Shown here: piece after piece, positions 17,939-28,398 of the stretch
Position numbering within the stretch: the first letter of the stretch is position 1
How the letters are laid out: each line of letters begins with the position of its first letter
Source of the DNA: an uncultured Actinomycetota bacterium
GTDB taxonomy: Bacteria; Actinomycetota; Actinomycetes; JAHEKZ01
Direction: 5' to 3'
Assembly: GCA_963718235.1 (NCBI GenBank)
Contig: CAVQYR010000002.1
Coordinates: forward strand, 32,001 to 96,000
Length of the DNA: 64,000 bases
Position numbers and translations under genes: made by a program
Notes under the pieces: generated by a model
Seen by the model: only the letters and a program-made list of their open reading frames with translations
The model's database searches: none
Told to the model about the DNA's origin: nothing

Positions 17939-20230
17939 GTGGCTGCGCGCCTGAACCCACGCCTCGTCCTGCTCGTTGCGGTCAGCACCGGGCTGGCAGG
18001 AGGGTGCCTGGCGTGGGTGGTGTCGGATCCGTCGGTCGCTGCAGTCGCGTGGGCCGCGACGTCCGTCCTCGGGTTGGTTGCCTCGGTCGTGTGGGTCTGG
18101 GCCAGCCTGTCGAAGGGTCGCATCGGCGCCGACGTCGTTGCCGTGCTTGCCCTGCTTGGCGCTCTGTGGACCGGTGAGTACCTGGCCGGCGCGATCGTCG
18201 CGTTGATGCTGGCTACGGGACGGATGCTGGAGAGCTGGGCAGAAGGGCGGTCGCGCCGTGAGCTGACGGCGCTGGTGAACCGGGTTCCCCGCACCGCGCA
18301 CCGGATGCGCCCCGACGGCGACGTCGAGGTCGTGCCGTTGACCGACGTCGTTGCCGGTGACCAGATCCTCGTCCGAACCGGCGAGGTGGTTCCGGTTGAT
18401 GGCGTCCTGGTCGCTCCCGCCGTCCTCGACGAGTCGGCCCTGACCGGAGAGGCCATGCCGGTCGACCGGCCTGCTGGCGACCTGGTCAGCAGCGGCGTCG
18501 TGGTGTCCGGATCGCCGGTGCCGCTACGTGCGCTGAGGACCGCCGCCGATAGCACCTATGCCGGAATCGTCCGACTGGTGGAGGAGGCACAGGCATCCAG
18601 CGCACCGTTCGTCCGGATGGCGGATCGGTTTGCTGCGTGGTTCGTGCCTTTCACGGTGCTCCTGGCCGGGAGTGCCTGGGCCTGGTCGGGTGACCCCAAC
18701 CGCGCGGTCGCGGTGCTGGTCGTGGCCACGCCGTGCCCGCTGATCCTGGCGGCGCCGGTTGCTCTGGTGGCGGGCATGGCGCAAAGCGCGCGGCGCGGCG
18801 TCGTCATCAAGGGTGGAGCAGCTCTGGAGCGCCTCGCGCTGGGCAGGGTCGTACTCTTCGACAAGACGGGGACTCTGACCGCTGGCCGCCCTGAGCTGGC
18901 CCAGGTGATCACCGCTCCAGGCGTAGACCCTGCGTCAGTGCTCGGACTGGCCGCGAGTCTCGACCAGGCGTCACCGCACGTTCTCGCCGCCGCCGTCGTC
19001 GCTGCCGCGCGAGGTCGTGGACTCGACCTTTGGACTCCACAGGACGTCGTCGAGCTCAGCGGCCACGGCGTCAGTGGCTCGGTGAACGGGAACTCGGTCT
19101 CGGTCGGCAAGTTCGCCTGGCTGGCCCCCGCCGAGCGACCCGAGTGGCTGCGTCGTGCGGTGGCAAGGAGTGAGGTCGAGTCCGCTGTGCTCGTCCTCGT
19201 GGCCCTCGAAGGCGACGTCATCGGGGCCCTGCTGCTCGTGGATCCCCTTCGCCAGGATGCCCCGCGAATGGTGCGTGCGCTTCGCGGCGCCGGCATCCGG
19301 CGAGTGGTTCTGGTGACCGGTGACCGCGCCGAGGTGGCCGAGACGATCGGCCACGCGCTGGACATCGATGAGGTCTTCGCCGAGCGTCTCCCCGATGAGA
19401 AGCTGGCCATCGTGCGTGGGGAGCGCCCGCGCGGGAGCACCGTGTTCGTGGGTGACGGGGTCAACGACGCACCCGCTCTTGCGGCGGCCGATGTGGGGGT
19501 GGCTCTCGCTGGGCGAGGCGCCACTGCGTCGAGTGAGGCGGCCGACGTGGTGCTCCTCGTAGACCGGATCGATCGCCTGGCCGAGGCCATGGTGATCGCC
19601 CGCCGGTCGCGACGCATCGCCTGGCAGAGCGTCACCCTGGGTATGGGCCTGTCCCTTGCCGCCATGGGTGCGGCGGCCATCGGGCTGCTGACGGCCGTCG
19701 TCGGAGCTCTTCTGCAGGAAGCCATTGATGTGGTGGCGATCCTGAACGCGCTGCGTGCGGCTCGTCCTGTGCGCGCCCCGGCGGTTCGTGGTGAGCCAGC
19801 CGTGATGGGACGGCGACTGATGGCTGAGCACCTCGCCCTGAAACCGTCACTGGAGCGCATTCGGTCCACTGCCGACGGCCTCGACGACGACCATCCCGAA
19901 CACGGTGTTGCCGAGGTTCGCCAACTGCACCGTTGGCTGGTCGACGACCTGCTGCCGCATGAGATCGCCGAGGAGCAGCAGCTGTATCCGGCGATGGCGG
20001 AGGTTCTGGGTGGCTCGGACCCGACCGGCGCGATGAGTCGTGCCCACACCGAGATCCTCCACCTGGTGCGGCGGTTGGGTCTGGTCCTCGATGACCTCGC
20101 GAACCACGAGGCGTCAGCCTCCGACCTCACCGAGCTGCGCCGCCTCTTGTACGGGCTCCATGCCGTCTTGCTGCTGCACTTCGCTCAGGAGGAGGAGGGG
20201 ATGTTCCCCTTGATCGAGGAGCTGGGCTGA
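17939..20230 (+). CDS. Heavy-metal P1B-5-type ATPase with C-terminal hemerythrin domain
   Basis: DESALTGE, ATPCPL, FDKTGT, GDGVNDAP, QEAID; C-terminal EH...HEIAEEQQLYP...HTEI...HFAQEEE. Confidence 0.9.
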   Translation: MAARLNPRLVLLVAVSTGLAGGCLAWVVSDPSVAAVAWAATSVLGLVASVVWVWASLSKGRIGADVVAVLALLGALWTGEYLAGAIVALMLATGRMLESWAEGRSRRELTALVNRVPRTAHRMRPDGDVEVVPLTDVVAGDQILVRTGEVVPVDGVLVAPAVLDESALTGEAMPVDRPAGDLVSSGVVVSGSPVPLRALRTAADSTYAGIVRLVEEAQASSAPFVRMADRFAAWFVPFTVLLAGSAWAWSGDPNRAVAVLVVATPCPLILAAPVALVAGMAQSARRGVVIKGGAALERLALGRVVLFDKTGTLTAGRPELAQVITAPGVDPASVLGLAASLDQASPHVLAAAVVAAARGRGLDLWTPQDVVELSGHGVSGSVNGNSVSVGKFAWLAPAERPEWLRRAVARSEVESAVLVLVALEGDVIGALLLVDPLRQDAPRMVRALRGAGIRRVVLVTGDRAEVAETIGHALDIDEVFAERLPDEKLAIVRGERPRGSTVFVGDGVNDAPALAAADVGVALAGRGATASSEAADVVLLVDRIDRLAEAMVIARRSRRIAWQSVTLGMGLSLAAMGAAAIGLLTAVVGALLQEAIDVVAILNALRAARPVRAPAVRGEPAVMGRRLMAEHLALKPSLERIRSTADGLDDDHPEHGVAEVRQLHRWLVDDLLPHEIAEEQQLYPAMAEVLGGSDPTGAMSRAHTEILHLVRRLGLVLDDLANHEASASDLTELRRLLYGLHAVLLLHFAQEEEGMFPLIEELG

Positions 20231-20234
20231 GCAC

Positions 20235-20639
20235 TCACTCCTTCGCCGGAGCCGCCTTGGCCTGCTCGATCTCGTAGAACTCGTTGAACGCGGCGAAGGC
20301 GCGCGGACCGTAGACCGTTCCGGGCCCGCCCATCATCAAGATCGCCACACCCAGGGTCTCGGCCACCTCCTCCGGCGTCGCGCCGAACTTCGCGGCCCCC
20401 CTTGCATGGGAGGCGATGCATCCGTCACACATCTGGGCCACGCCGATGGCCAGCGCGATGAGCTCCTTGTGCTTGCGGGTCAGGCTCGCCTCGGCGAAGG
20501 CCGCGTTGTGGAGGTGGTTGAAGCCCTCGTACACATCGGGGATCGCGCGACGCAGAGCAGAAGCCGGCAGTCGCAGGTCGTGTTGCACAGCGGTGCCGTA
20601 TGAGACGCCGTGGGTGTGGCCGGGCTGGGAGTCACTCAT
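20235..20639 (-). CDS. Carboxymuconolactone decarboxylase/AhpD-like protein
   Basis: KELIALAIGV..CDGCIASH, ILMMGGPG. Confidence 0.85.
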   Translation of the reverse strand: MSDSQPGHTHGVSYGTAVQHDLRLPASALRRAIPDVYEGFNHLHNAAFAEASLTRKHKELIALAIGVAQMCDGCIASHARGAAKFGATPEEVAETLGVAILMMGGPGTVYGPRAFAAFNEFYEIEQAKAAPAKE

Positions 20640-20688
20640 ACGCCTAACGTAGTGACGAGCGGCCGTCTGCGGTCGGGTCGATGGTCCC

Positions 20689-21879
20689 TTGGAGGCACCT
20701 GTGATCGGTCGAGCGTTCCTCGACGTCGGACTGTCCGACGGGTCGACCAGGAACCTGGTCCTCCACGACGGGTTGGTGGCGGAGTGGCGCGACCCTGGGC
20801 TGGCCATCCCCGACGACGTCGACGTCGTCGCGGCCGACCGGGGGAAGGGCTGGATCGCCGTCCCCGCCCCGGTCGACGCGCACATCCACCCCGACAAGAC
20901 CACCTGGGGCCAACCGTGGCTGTCGCGAGCTCCGGCCCCCGACCTGCACAGCCTGATCGACAACGACGTGCGGGCCCAGCAGTCGTTCACCACCTCGGTG
21001 GCCGACCGGTCGGCAGCCCTGATGCGAACCGCCGCCAACCAGGGGACCCGAGCGATCCGGGCCCACGTGGACGTCGCGCCGGTCCACGGGCTGCGCAACC
21101 TGCACGGGGTCGTCGAGGCAGCGGAGAGGCTGGACGGTCTCCTCGACGTCCAGATCGTCGCCTTCCCGCAGCTGGGACTGCTGCGCGAGCCAGGTACCGC
21201 CGAGCTGATGGATGCCGCCCTCATGGAGGGCGCGTCGATCGTCGGCGGGATCGACCCGCTGGGCCTGGACGGCGACGTCGACGGGCACCTTGACTTGGTG
21301 TTCGGGCTGGCCGAACGCCGTGGCCGGGAGGTCGACGTCCACCTGCACGACGACGGCGAGCCGGGGCTCGCCCAGCTGCTGGAGATCGCGGAGCGTACGC
21401 GCGCGCTCGGTATGGGCGGGCAGGTGACGGTCAGCCATGCCTTCGCGCTGGCCACGGCCCCGACCGGGCGTCGGGCCGAGGTCGCCGAGCAGCTCGCCGG
21501 CGCCGGGGTCGCCCTCACCACCTGCGCCCTCGGCGGGGACCCGGTGCTGCCGGTCTCGGAGCTTCGCAGACTGGGTGTGCGAGTGGCGGCCGGGTCCGAC
21601 GGCGTCCGCGACGCCTGGACGCCGTTCGGGACCGGCTCGATGATCGACCGGGCGCACCTGCTGGCCTATCGCCTCGACGCCGCCACCGACGACGAGCTCG
21701 CCGAGTGCTGGACCGTGTGCTCCACCGCCGGCGCGAACCTGCTCGGGCTGCCCACGCCCGAGCTCGTCGGAGACGGCCCTGCGGACTTCGTCGTGGCGGC
21801 GGCGAACAGTGTCGCCGAGCTCGTGGTGGACCGTCCGGCGCCGTCCGCGGTAGTCCGCGCCGGGCACCTCCTCCCCTGA
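20689..21879 (+). CDS. Amidohydrolase (cytosine deaminase-like)
   Basis: DAHIHPDK, IRAHVD, VAFPQLG, DVHLHD, VSHAF, AGSDGVRDAW. Confidence 0.85.
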   Translation: MEAPVIGRAFLDVGLSDGSTRNLVLHDGLVAEWRDPGLAIPDDVDVVAADRGKGWIAVPAPVDAHIHPDKTTWGQPWLSRAPAPDLHSLIDNDVRAQQSFTTSVADRSAALMRTAANQGTRAIRAHVDVAPVHGLRNLHGVVEAAERLDGLLDVQIVAFPQLGLLREPGTAELMDAALMEGASIVGGIDPLGLDGDVDGHLDLVFGLAERRGREVDVHLHDDGEPGLAQLLEIAERTRALGMGGQVTVSHAFALATAPTGRRAEVAEQLAGAGVALTTCALGGDPVLPVSELRRLGVRVAAGSDGVRDAWTPFGTGSMIDRAHLLAYRLDAATDDELAECWTVCSTAGANLLGLPTPELVGDGPADFVVAAANSVAELVVDRPAPSAVVRAGHLLP

Positions 21880-21926
21880 GCCCACCAGCACCAGCGGGCG
21901 CCGCCGTGGGTCGGTAGGTTGGGGGC

Positions 21927-22670
21927 ATGCCCACGCTCGTACTGCTACGCCACGGCGAAAGCGACTGGAACGCCAAGAACCTGTTCACCGGCTGGGTCGA
22001 CGTCGACCTCACCGAGAAGGGTGAGCAGCAGGCGGTGCGCGGGGGTGAGCTGCTCGTCGAGCACGGGTACCGCCCCGACGTTGTGCACACCTCGGTGATG
22101 CGCCGAGCCATCCGCACGGCCAACCTGGCGCTGGACGCCGCCGACCGCGGGTGGATCCCGGTGCACCGCTCGTGGCGGCTCAACGAGCGTCACTACGGTG
22201 CCCTGCAGGGCAAGGACAAGAAGCAGACCTTGGCCGAGTTCGGCGACGAGCAGTTCATGCTCTGGCGGCGCTCCTACGACACGCCTCCACCTCCGATCGA
22301 CGACGGCGACCCCTTCTCCCAGGTCGGCGACGTGCGCTACCGCACCCTGCCCCCTGAGCTCATGCCGCGCACGGAGTGCCTGAAGGACGTCGTGCACCGG
22401 ATGCTGCCGTACTGGTACGACGCGATCGTTCCCCATCTGCACGAGGGTCGGGTGGTGCTCGTCGCCGCCCATGGCAACTCGTTGCGGGCGCTGGTCAAGC
22501 ACCTCGACGGCATCTCCGACGCCGACATCGCCGGCCTGAACATCCCCACCGGCATCCCACTCGTGTACCACCTCGACGAGGGCATGCACCCGATCACCAA
22601 GGGCGGGGAGTACCTCGACGCCGATGCTGCCGCGTCCGCGATCCAGGCGGTGGCCAACCAAGGGCGTTGA
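21927..22670 (+). CDS. gpmA: 2,3-BPG-dependent phosphoglycerate mutase
   Basis: [29 protein letters not shown]. Confidence 0.95.
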   Translation: MPTLVLLRHGESDWNAKNLFTGWVDVDLTEKGEQQAVRGGELLVEHGYRPDVVHTSVMRRAIRTANLALDAADRGWIPVHRSWRLNERHYGALQGKDKKQTLAEFGDEQFMLWRRSYDTPPPPIDDGDPFSQVGDVRYRTLPPELMPRTECLKDVVHRMLPYWYDAIVPHLHEGRVVLVAAHGNSLRALVKHLDGISDADIAGLNIPTGIPLVYHLDEGMHPITKGGEYLDADAAASAIQAVANQGR

Positions 22671-22731
22671 CGCACCGCGGGCACGCGGATCGCGCACCCC
22701 CGGCACCGGATCGCACTACGCTCCCTGCGTT

Positions 22732-23520
22732 GTGGACCACAACGACGACCTACGGCTGGCGTTCGCACTCGCTGATGCTGCCGCAGCGGTGACGCTGCCC
22801 GCCTTCGGTGGCCGGCAGTCGGTCGAGCTCAAGGCCGACGCCACGCCGGTCACCGTCGTCGACGGGGCGGCTGAGCGGGCGATCCGTGACCTCCTGCGCA
22901 CCCACCGACCCGACGACGGGCTGATCGGCGAAGAGGGCAGCCGGGTCGACAGCGTCAACGGTCGGGTGTGGGTCGTCGACCCGATCGACGGCACCAAGCT
23001 GTTCGCCGAGGGCATCCCGCTGTGGACCACGCTCATCGCGCTGCGAGACGGCGACGAGGTGGTGGTGGCCGTCGCCGACGCACCGGCCCTGGGCGAGCGG
23101 TTCCATGCCGTCCGTGGGGCCGGCGCCTGGTGGGGCGGTGACCGGGTGTGGGTGTCCGACGTCGAGCCGCTGAGCGAGGCTTTCGTCCTGCACGCCGCGC
23201 TCGAGGAGTTCGACCGGGGCACTGGGGTCGACGCTCTGCTGGCGGTGGCCTCGAGGTGCCGTGCGTCCCGTGGGATCGCCGACGCATGGGCGCACCTGCT
23301 CGTGGCCCGGGGCGCGGCGGAGGCCCTGGTGGAGCAGGGCCCCTGCTTCGAGTGGGACTGGGCGGCCACGAGCCTGATCGTCCAGGAAGCTGGAGGGTCC
23401 CTGACCCGCCTGGAGGGGGGCCCAGCGGTACCCGGGTGCCACCTCCTGGTCACCAACGGCCGTGTGGACGCCGAGATCCGCAGCGCCCTCGGTGTCCCGG
23501 GCGGCGCGGCCCCGCCGTGA
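22732..23520 (+). CDS. Inositol monophosphatase family (HisN-like)
   Basis: KADATPVT, GEEG, WVVDPIDGT, WDWAA. Confidence 0.85.
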   Translation: MDHNDDLRLAFALADAAAAVTLPAFGGRQSVELKADATPVTVVDGAAERAIRDLLRTHRPDDGLIGEEGSRVDSVNGRVWVVDPIDGTKLFAEGIPLWTTLIALRDGDEVVVAVADAPALGERFHAVRGAGAWWGGDRVWVSDVEPLSEAFVLHAALEEFDRGTGVDALLAVASRCRASRGIADAWAHLLVARGAAEALVEQGPCFEWDWAATSLIVQEAGGSLTRLEGGPAVPGCHLLVTNGRVDAEIRSALGVPGGAAPP

Positions 23521-23675
23521 CGGGGGCGGCCTGAGGCAGTCCGATTCGGTTATCCGGAAGTCACCGAACCGTCACCTCCGGAGGTGTCTTGGCGGTCAGA
23601 ATGCGATGCGACAGGTTGGCGTCCGCACCTAGGCTTCCCGCGGACGCCAACCGCTGGGTCTGAGGGAGGACGACG

Positions 23676-25463
23676 ATGGGCAGACTGGCCATGGGCGCCG
23701 CGGGGGCCGCAGCCCTGTTGCTGCTGGCGCTCACCACCGGGACGGGTGTGGGCGTGGCTGCCGACGACACCGCCGCCCCAGACCAGACCGTGCTGCGCGT
23801 CGGAGTCAGCAGCGAGATCGCCAACCCCAACCTGTGGGCGGTCAACAGCGTCGCGGAGTGGAGCGCCGTCACCCTTCAGTACGACATGATGCTGAAGTTC
23901 AGTGACGAGGACCTGTCAGCCGCGCCGTCGCTCGCGGAGTCCTGCGAATCGAGCAACGGGGCCCGGGTCTGGACGTGCAAGATCCGCTCCGGGATCACCT
24001 GGAGCGACGGCGAGCCCTTCACCTCACGCGACATCGCCTTCACCTACGAGTTCGTGCAGGACAAGCAGTTCCCGTACTTCCGCAGCTACATCCCGGAGAA
24101 CTCGACGTTCGAGACGCCGGACGACCAGACCCTGGTGTGGCGCAGCGAGAAGCCGACGTTCGCCCCTGACGTGCCGCCCTGGATCTACATCGTCCCCGAG
24201 CATGTGTGGAGCAAGTACGCCGACGCCGACATCAAGGAGATCAAGGCCGCCGACGTGCTGCCCGTCGTCTCGACGGGTCCGTACACCATGACCCAGGCAA
24301 CGCCGGGGCAGAACTGGACGTTCACCAAGAACCCGGACTACTGGGGCGACGAGCCGACCTACGACACGATCCGGTACATCTACTACACCAACCAGGAGGC
24401 GCTGGTCCAAGCGCTGCGCCAAGGCGAGATCGACATCGCCAACGAGCTCACCAGCGACCTCCTCCCTGCGCTCGAGGGCCAGTCGAACATCGCGGTGCAG
24501 AAGGTCACGGCGGACTGCTGGGTGAACCTGGCCTTCAACTTCGGCGGGCAGGGGCCGGCGTCCGACCCGCTGCCGGCCCTGCAGGACCTCACGGTGCGTA
24601 AGGCCATCGCGCTGGCCATCGACAAGCAGGCGATCGTCGACAAGGTGTACCCGGACGCTGCGGTACCGGGCGAGACGATCATCCGGCCCCTGGCGGAGTT
24701 CTGGCACCTGGACATCCCGGACGACGCCGTGATCCCGTTCGACCCCGACGCGGCCAACCAGCTGCTCGACGACGCCGGCTACGCCCGCGGGCCCGACGGG
24801 GTCCGGGTCGACCCGGCGAACGGCGACCCGCTGAGGATGCGGTTGCCCGTGTCCGGCGACACGGTCGGAAGTGAGGGTGCGGGCAAGCTGATCGCCGGGT
24901 TCCTGAGCCAGATCGGCATCGAGGTCGACGTGCAGCCGGTCACCGCCGGAAAGATGTACGACATCCAGCAGACCGGCGACTTCGACGGCTACATCTGGTA
25001 CTGGTGCGGCGACCCCGACCCGGACTACCAGCTGTCGGTCTTCACCAGCGACCAGTGCGGCGACCTGAGCGACGGCTGCTGGCAGGACGCCACGTTCGAT
25101 GCCTGGTACCGGAAGCAGCGCTTGACCACGGACCAGGAGGAGCGCCGGCAGATCGTGTACGACATGCAGCAGTACGTGTACGACCAGATCCCGGCGATCC
25201 CCCTCGTCTATCCCAACTCGATCCAGGCGTACCGAAGCGATCAGGTCACCGATCTCACGCCAGCCCCCGCTTCCGCGGGGTACATCACCCCCACCTACGG
25301 CAACACCAGCTTCGTGACGGCCCGCCCGGCGAGCTCCTCGGCCGGCGGTGACTCGTCCAACGGGCTCCCACCGTGGCTGTGGGTGGTACTCGTCGTTGCC
25401 GTCGGGATCGGTGGCTTCGCCCTCTACCGGCGCAGTGGCCGGCAGTCCGACGAGGAAGGCTGA
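23676..25463 (+). CDS. ABC transporter substrate-binding protein, family 5, with C-terminal TM anchor
   Basis: Signal peptide, PSLAES, WSDGEPFTSRDIAFT, STGPY, VRKAIALAIDK; hydrophobic tail followed by RR. Confidence 0.9.
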   Translation: MGRLAMGAAGAAALLLLALTTGTGVGVAADDTAAPDQTVLRVGVSSEIANPNLWAVNSVAEWSAVTLQYDMMLKFSDEDLSAAPSLAESCESSNGARVWTCKIRSGITWSDGEPFTSRDIAFTYEFVQDKQFPYFRSYIPENSTFETPDDQTLVWRSEKPTFAPDVPPWIYIVPEHVWSKYADADIKEIKAADVLPVVSTGPYTMTQATPGQNWTFTKNPDYWGDEPTYDTIRYIYYTNQEALVQALRQGEIDIANELTSDLLPALEGQSNIAVQKVTADCWVNLAFNFGGQGPASDPLPALQDLTVRKAIALAIDKQAIVDKVYPDAAVPGETIIRPLAEFWHLDIPDDAVIPFDPDAANQLLDDAGYARGPDGVRVDPANGDPLRMRLPVSGDTVGSEGAGKLIAGFLSQIGIEVDVQPVTAGKMYDIQQTGDFDGYIWYWCGDPDPDYQLSVFTSDQCGDLSDGCWQDATFDAWYRKQRLTTDQEERRQIVYDMQQYVYDQIPAIPLVYPNSIQAYRSDQVTDLTPAPASAGYITPTYGNTSFVTARPASSSAGGDSSNGLPPWLWVVLVVAVGIGGFALYRRSGRQSDEEG

Positions 25464-25493
25464 GCTCATGCGGCTCATGCGGCTCGGGCGGTC

Positions 25494-26456
25494 ATGAAGG
25501 CGGGCTACCTCGCCCGCAAGGCTGCCTGGGCACTGGTCACGCTGCTGTTCGTGCTGTTCGTCAACTTCTTCCTGTTCCGGGTGATGCCCGGTGACCCGGT
25601 CGCGCTGCTCGCGCGCAGCCAGCGGCTCACGCCGGAGGCGATCGAGCAGCAGCGGGCACTGTTCGGCCTCGACCAGCCGCTGCTCCAGCAGTTCGGCACC
25701 TACCTGCAGCAGACCCTCTCCCTGAACTTCGGCTCCTCCCTGCTCTCGGGCGAGCCGGTCACGGAGGTGATTGGCTCGCGCATCTGGCCCACCGTCCTGC
25801 TGGTCGGGGTCGGCACGACGCTGGCGATCGTCCTGGGCCTGCTCGCCGGGATCCGCGGCGGTTGGACCCGTGGCAGCGGGTTCGACCGCGGGAGCCTCTA
25901 CGGGTCGCTGATCCTGTATGCGACCCCGGAGGGCTGGCTCGGCATGCTGCTGCTCATCGTGTTCGCCGGCACGCTGGGCTGGTTCCCGTCCGGTGGCTAC
26001 TCGAGCGGTACGGGAACCGGGATCGAGCACGTCACCGACGTCGCGAACCACCTCGTCCTGCCCGCACTGACGCTGACCCTGGGCTACATCGGCCAGTACA
26101 TGATCGTGATGCGCTCGTCCCTCCTGGACGTGAAGGACGAGGACTACATCGCCACCGCGCGGGCCAAGGGGCTCACCGACCCCCTCGTGCGCCGGCGGCA
26201 CGCTGTTCCCAACGCCTTCCTGCCGAGCTTCACGCTGATCGTGCTCAGCTTCGGCTTCGTGCTCGGTGGGGCGATCGTGGTCGAGACGGTCTACTCCTGG
26301 CCCGGGCTCGGGCTGCTCACGTACCAGGCGATCCAGGACCAGGACTTCCCCGTGCTCCAGGCGGTCTTCTTGCTCACGAGCCTGGCGGTGATCGTCGCCA
26401 ACCTGGTCGCCGACGTCACCTACTCGATGCTGGACCCCAGGATCGAGGAGGCGTGA
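25494..26456 (+). CDS. ABC permease, DppB/OppB-like
   Basis: PGDP, EDYIATARAKGL EAA loop, IVVETVYSWPGLG, LDPRI. Confidence 0.9.
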   Translation: MKAGYLARKAAWALVTLLFVLFVNFFLFRVMPGDPVALLARSQRLTPEAIEQQRALFGLDQPLLQQFGTYLQQTLSLNFGSSLLSGEPVTEVIGSRIWPTVLLVGVGTTLAIVLGLLAGIRGGWTRGSGFDRGSLYGSLILYATPEGWLGMLLLIVFAGTLGWFPSGGYSSGTGTGIEHVTDVANHLVLPALTLTLGYIGQYMIVMRSSLLDVKDEDYIATARAKGLTDPLVRRRHAVPNAFLPSFTLIVLSFGFVLGGAIVVETVYSWPGLGLLTYQAIQDQDFPVLQAVFLLTSLAVIVANLVADVTYSMLDPRIEEA

Positions 26457-26460
26457 CGAC

Positions 26461-27375
26461 GTGACGACCATCACCTACGACGTCGCGTCGTCGCGTCGCC
26501 TCGCGTGGCAGCGGCGTCGGCGCTCGGCCGCGACGAACTGGAGGCTGTTCCGCCGCAACCGCCAGGCCATGGTGGGCCTTGCGATCCTCGTCGTCTGCCT
26601 CGTGGTGGCGATCATCGGTCCCTGGGTCGTGAACCCCGATCAGATCGACCCCGCGACAGCGACCGGCACGCCGAACAGCCCGCCCTCCCCTGGCTACCCG
26701 CTCGGCACGGACAACTTCGGCCGGTCGGTCCTCTCGCTGCTCGTGATCGGGGCCAGGGTCTCGCTCGTCGTGGGCATCACCGCTGCGGTCGGCGCCGTCC
26801 TGGTCGGCGCGGCGGTCGGCCTGGTGAGCGGCTACTACGGTGGCTCCCGAATCGACACCTTCCTCAGTGCGCTGACCAACTGGTTCCTGGTGATCCCGTG
26901 GCTGGTCCTGGCCATCGCGCTGGCAGCGATCCTCGGGCCGACCCTGTGGAACGTGATCGTCGTGATCGCGGTGACCTCGTGGGCGATCACGGCCCGACTG
27001 GTCCGGTCCCAGGTCCTCAGCATCCGCAAGCTCTCGTACGTCGAGCGGGCCCAGGTGCTGGGTGCCAGCGACTGGACGGTGATCACCCGCTACGTGCTGC
27101 CGAACGTCTTCCCGGTCATCTTCGCCAACACGGTGCTGACGGTGGCCGTAGCCATCCTGTCGGAGACGACGCTGGCGATCCTCGGGCTCGGTGACCCGAA
27201 CTCCGTGTCGTGGGGCCGGGTGATCGAGGAGGCCTTCACCGCGGGCGCGATCACCAACGGCTACTGGTGGTGGCTCATCCCACCGGGCGTCGCGATCGTG
27301 CTGGTCACCCTTGCCTTCACCATGTGTGGGCACGCACTCGACGAGATCTTCAACCCAAGGCTGCGGCACCGATGA
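26461..27375 (+). CDS. ABC permease, DppC/OppC-like
   Basis: PLGTDNFGR, YVERAQVLGAS, LGLGDP..SWG, FNPRLR. Confidence 0.9.
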   Translation: MTTITYDVASSRRLAWQRRRRSAATNWRLFRRNRQAMVGLAILVVCLVVAIIGPWVVNPDQIDPATATGTPNSPPSPGYPLGTDNFGRSVLSLLVIGARVSLVVGITAAVGAVLVGAAVGLVSGYYGGSRIDTFLSALTNWFLVIPWLVLAIALAAILGPTLWNVIVVIAVTSWAITARLVRSQVLSIRKLSYVERAQVLGASDWTVITRYVLPNVFPVIFANTVLTVAVAILSETTLAILGLGDPNSVSWGRVIEEAFTAGAITNGYWWWLIPPGVAIVLVTLAFTMCGHALDEIFNPRLRHR

Positions 27376-27386
27376 CAGGAGACGCC

Positions 27387-28379
27387 ATGTCCCACCCTGC
27401 TGTTCCGGTCGGGGTGAACCCGTTCCACGAGCCGGGCGAGTGGCTGAAGTGCGCGCTGCACACGCACAGCACCGTGAGCGACGGCACCCTCTCGCCGCGC
27501 TACCTGGCCGCGTCGTACGAGGAGTCCGGGTTCGACGTGGTGGCGGTCACCGACCACTGGCGGCTCACCGAGGTGCCGTCGACCGACCGGTTGCTCACCA
27601 TCCCGTCGGCCGAGCTGGGGTGGGACATCGCCCGTCCGCACTACCCGCACCAGAGCGCGGAGTTCCTCGTCTACGGCATCGACCACATTCCCGAGGACCC
27701 GGGCGGGAACAGGGACAACTGGATGTTCAACGCCGAGGAGAACTGGGAGGCGCGGACCTTCCCCGATCTGACCACCGGGGTTCGGTGGGCCGACGCCCAG
27801 GGTGCGGTCGTGTACGTGGCACACCCGTACTGGAACCACCTGGACCCGCTCGACATCGCCGAGCAGGAGGGGTTCGTGGGGCTGGAGGTCTTCAACGGCT
27901 CCTCCCACCTCGAGACCGGTCGCGGCGACTCGTCGATGTGGTGGGACACGCTGCTGGGAACGGGCCGTCAGGTGTTCGGCATCGGAACCGACGACCAGCA
28001 CTACCCCCTGTTCGAGCTGGCCACCGGCTGGACCATGGTGAAGGTCGCGGAGCGCAGCCAGCAGGCTGTCCTCGACGCTCTGCGCCACGGCCAGTCCTAC
28101 TTCTCGCACGGCCCGGAGATCCACGACATCAGCGTCGACGGCACGGCGGTCGAGGTGTCGTGCAGCCCCGCCCGGTCGGTGCTGCTGCAGATGGAGGAGG
28201 AGTACGGAGTCAGCGTCAGTGTCGGGCGCGGGGGACGCCGACAGGGACAGATCCTGGCGACCGACGGCAACGGGCTGATCACCCGGGCTCGGCTCGAACC
28301 CACGCACGAGAACCCGCGCTACAAGCGGGTGACCGTGGTCGACGCGGCGGGCGACCGCGCGTGGAGCAACCCGGTCTGA
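27387..28379 (+). CDS. PHP-fold metallohydrolase (CehA/McbA-like)
   Basis: LHTHSTVSDG, VTDH, VAHPYW, TDDQH, AWSNP. Confidence 0.8.
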   Translation: MSHPAVPVGVNPFHEPGEWLKCALHTHSTVSDGTLSPRYLAASYEESGFDVVAVTDHWRLTEVPSTDRLLTIPSAELGWDIARPHYPHQSAEFLVYGIDHIPEDPGGNRDNWMFNAEENWEARTFPDLTTGVRWADAQGAVVYVAHPYWNHLDPLDIAEQEGFVGLEVFNGSSHLETGRGDSSMWWDTLLGTGRQVFGIGTDDQHYPLFELATGWTMVKVAERSQQAVLDALRHGQSYFSHGPEIHDISVDGTAVEVSCSPARSVLLQMEEEYGVSVSVGRGGRRQGQILATDGNGLITRARLEPTHENPRYKRVTVVDAAGDRAWSNPV

Positions 28380-28398
28380 GCCGCCCGATCAAGGGCAG

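Noticed and set aside
20640-21521. 428-aa version of the AhpD-like ORF
   Set aside because: The upstream part is antisense to the amidohydrolase; the real gene starts at ATG 20639.
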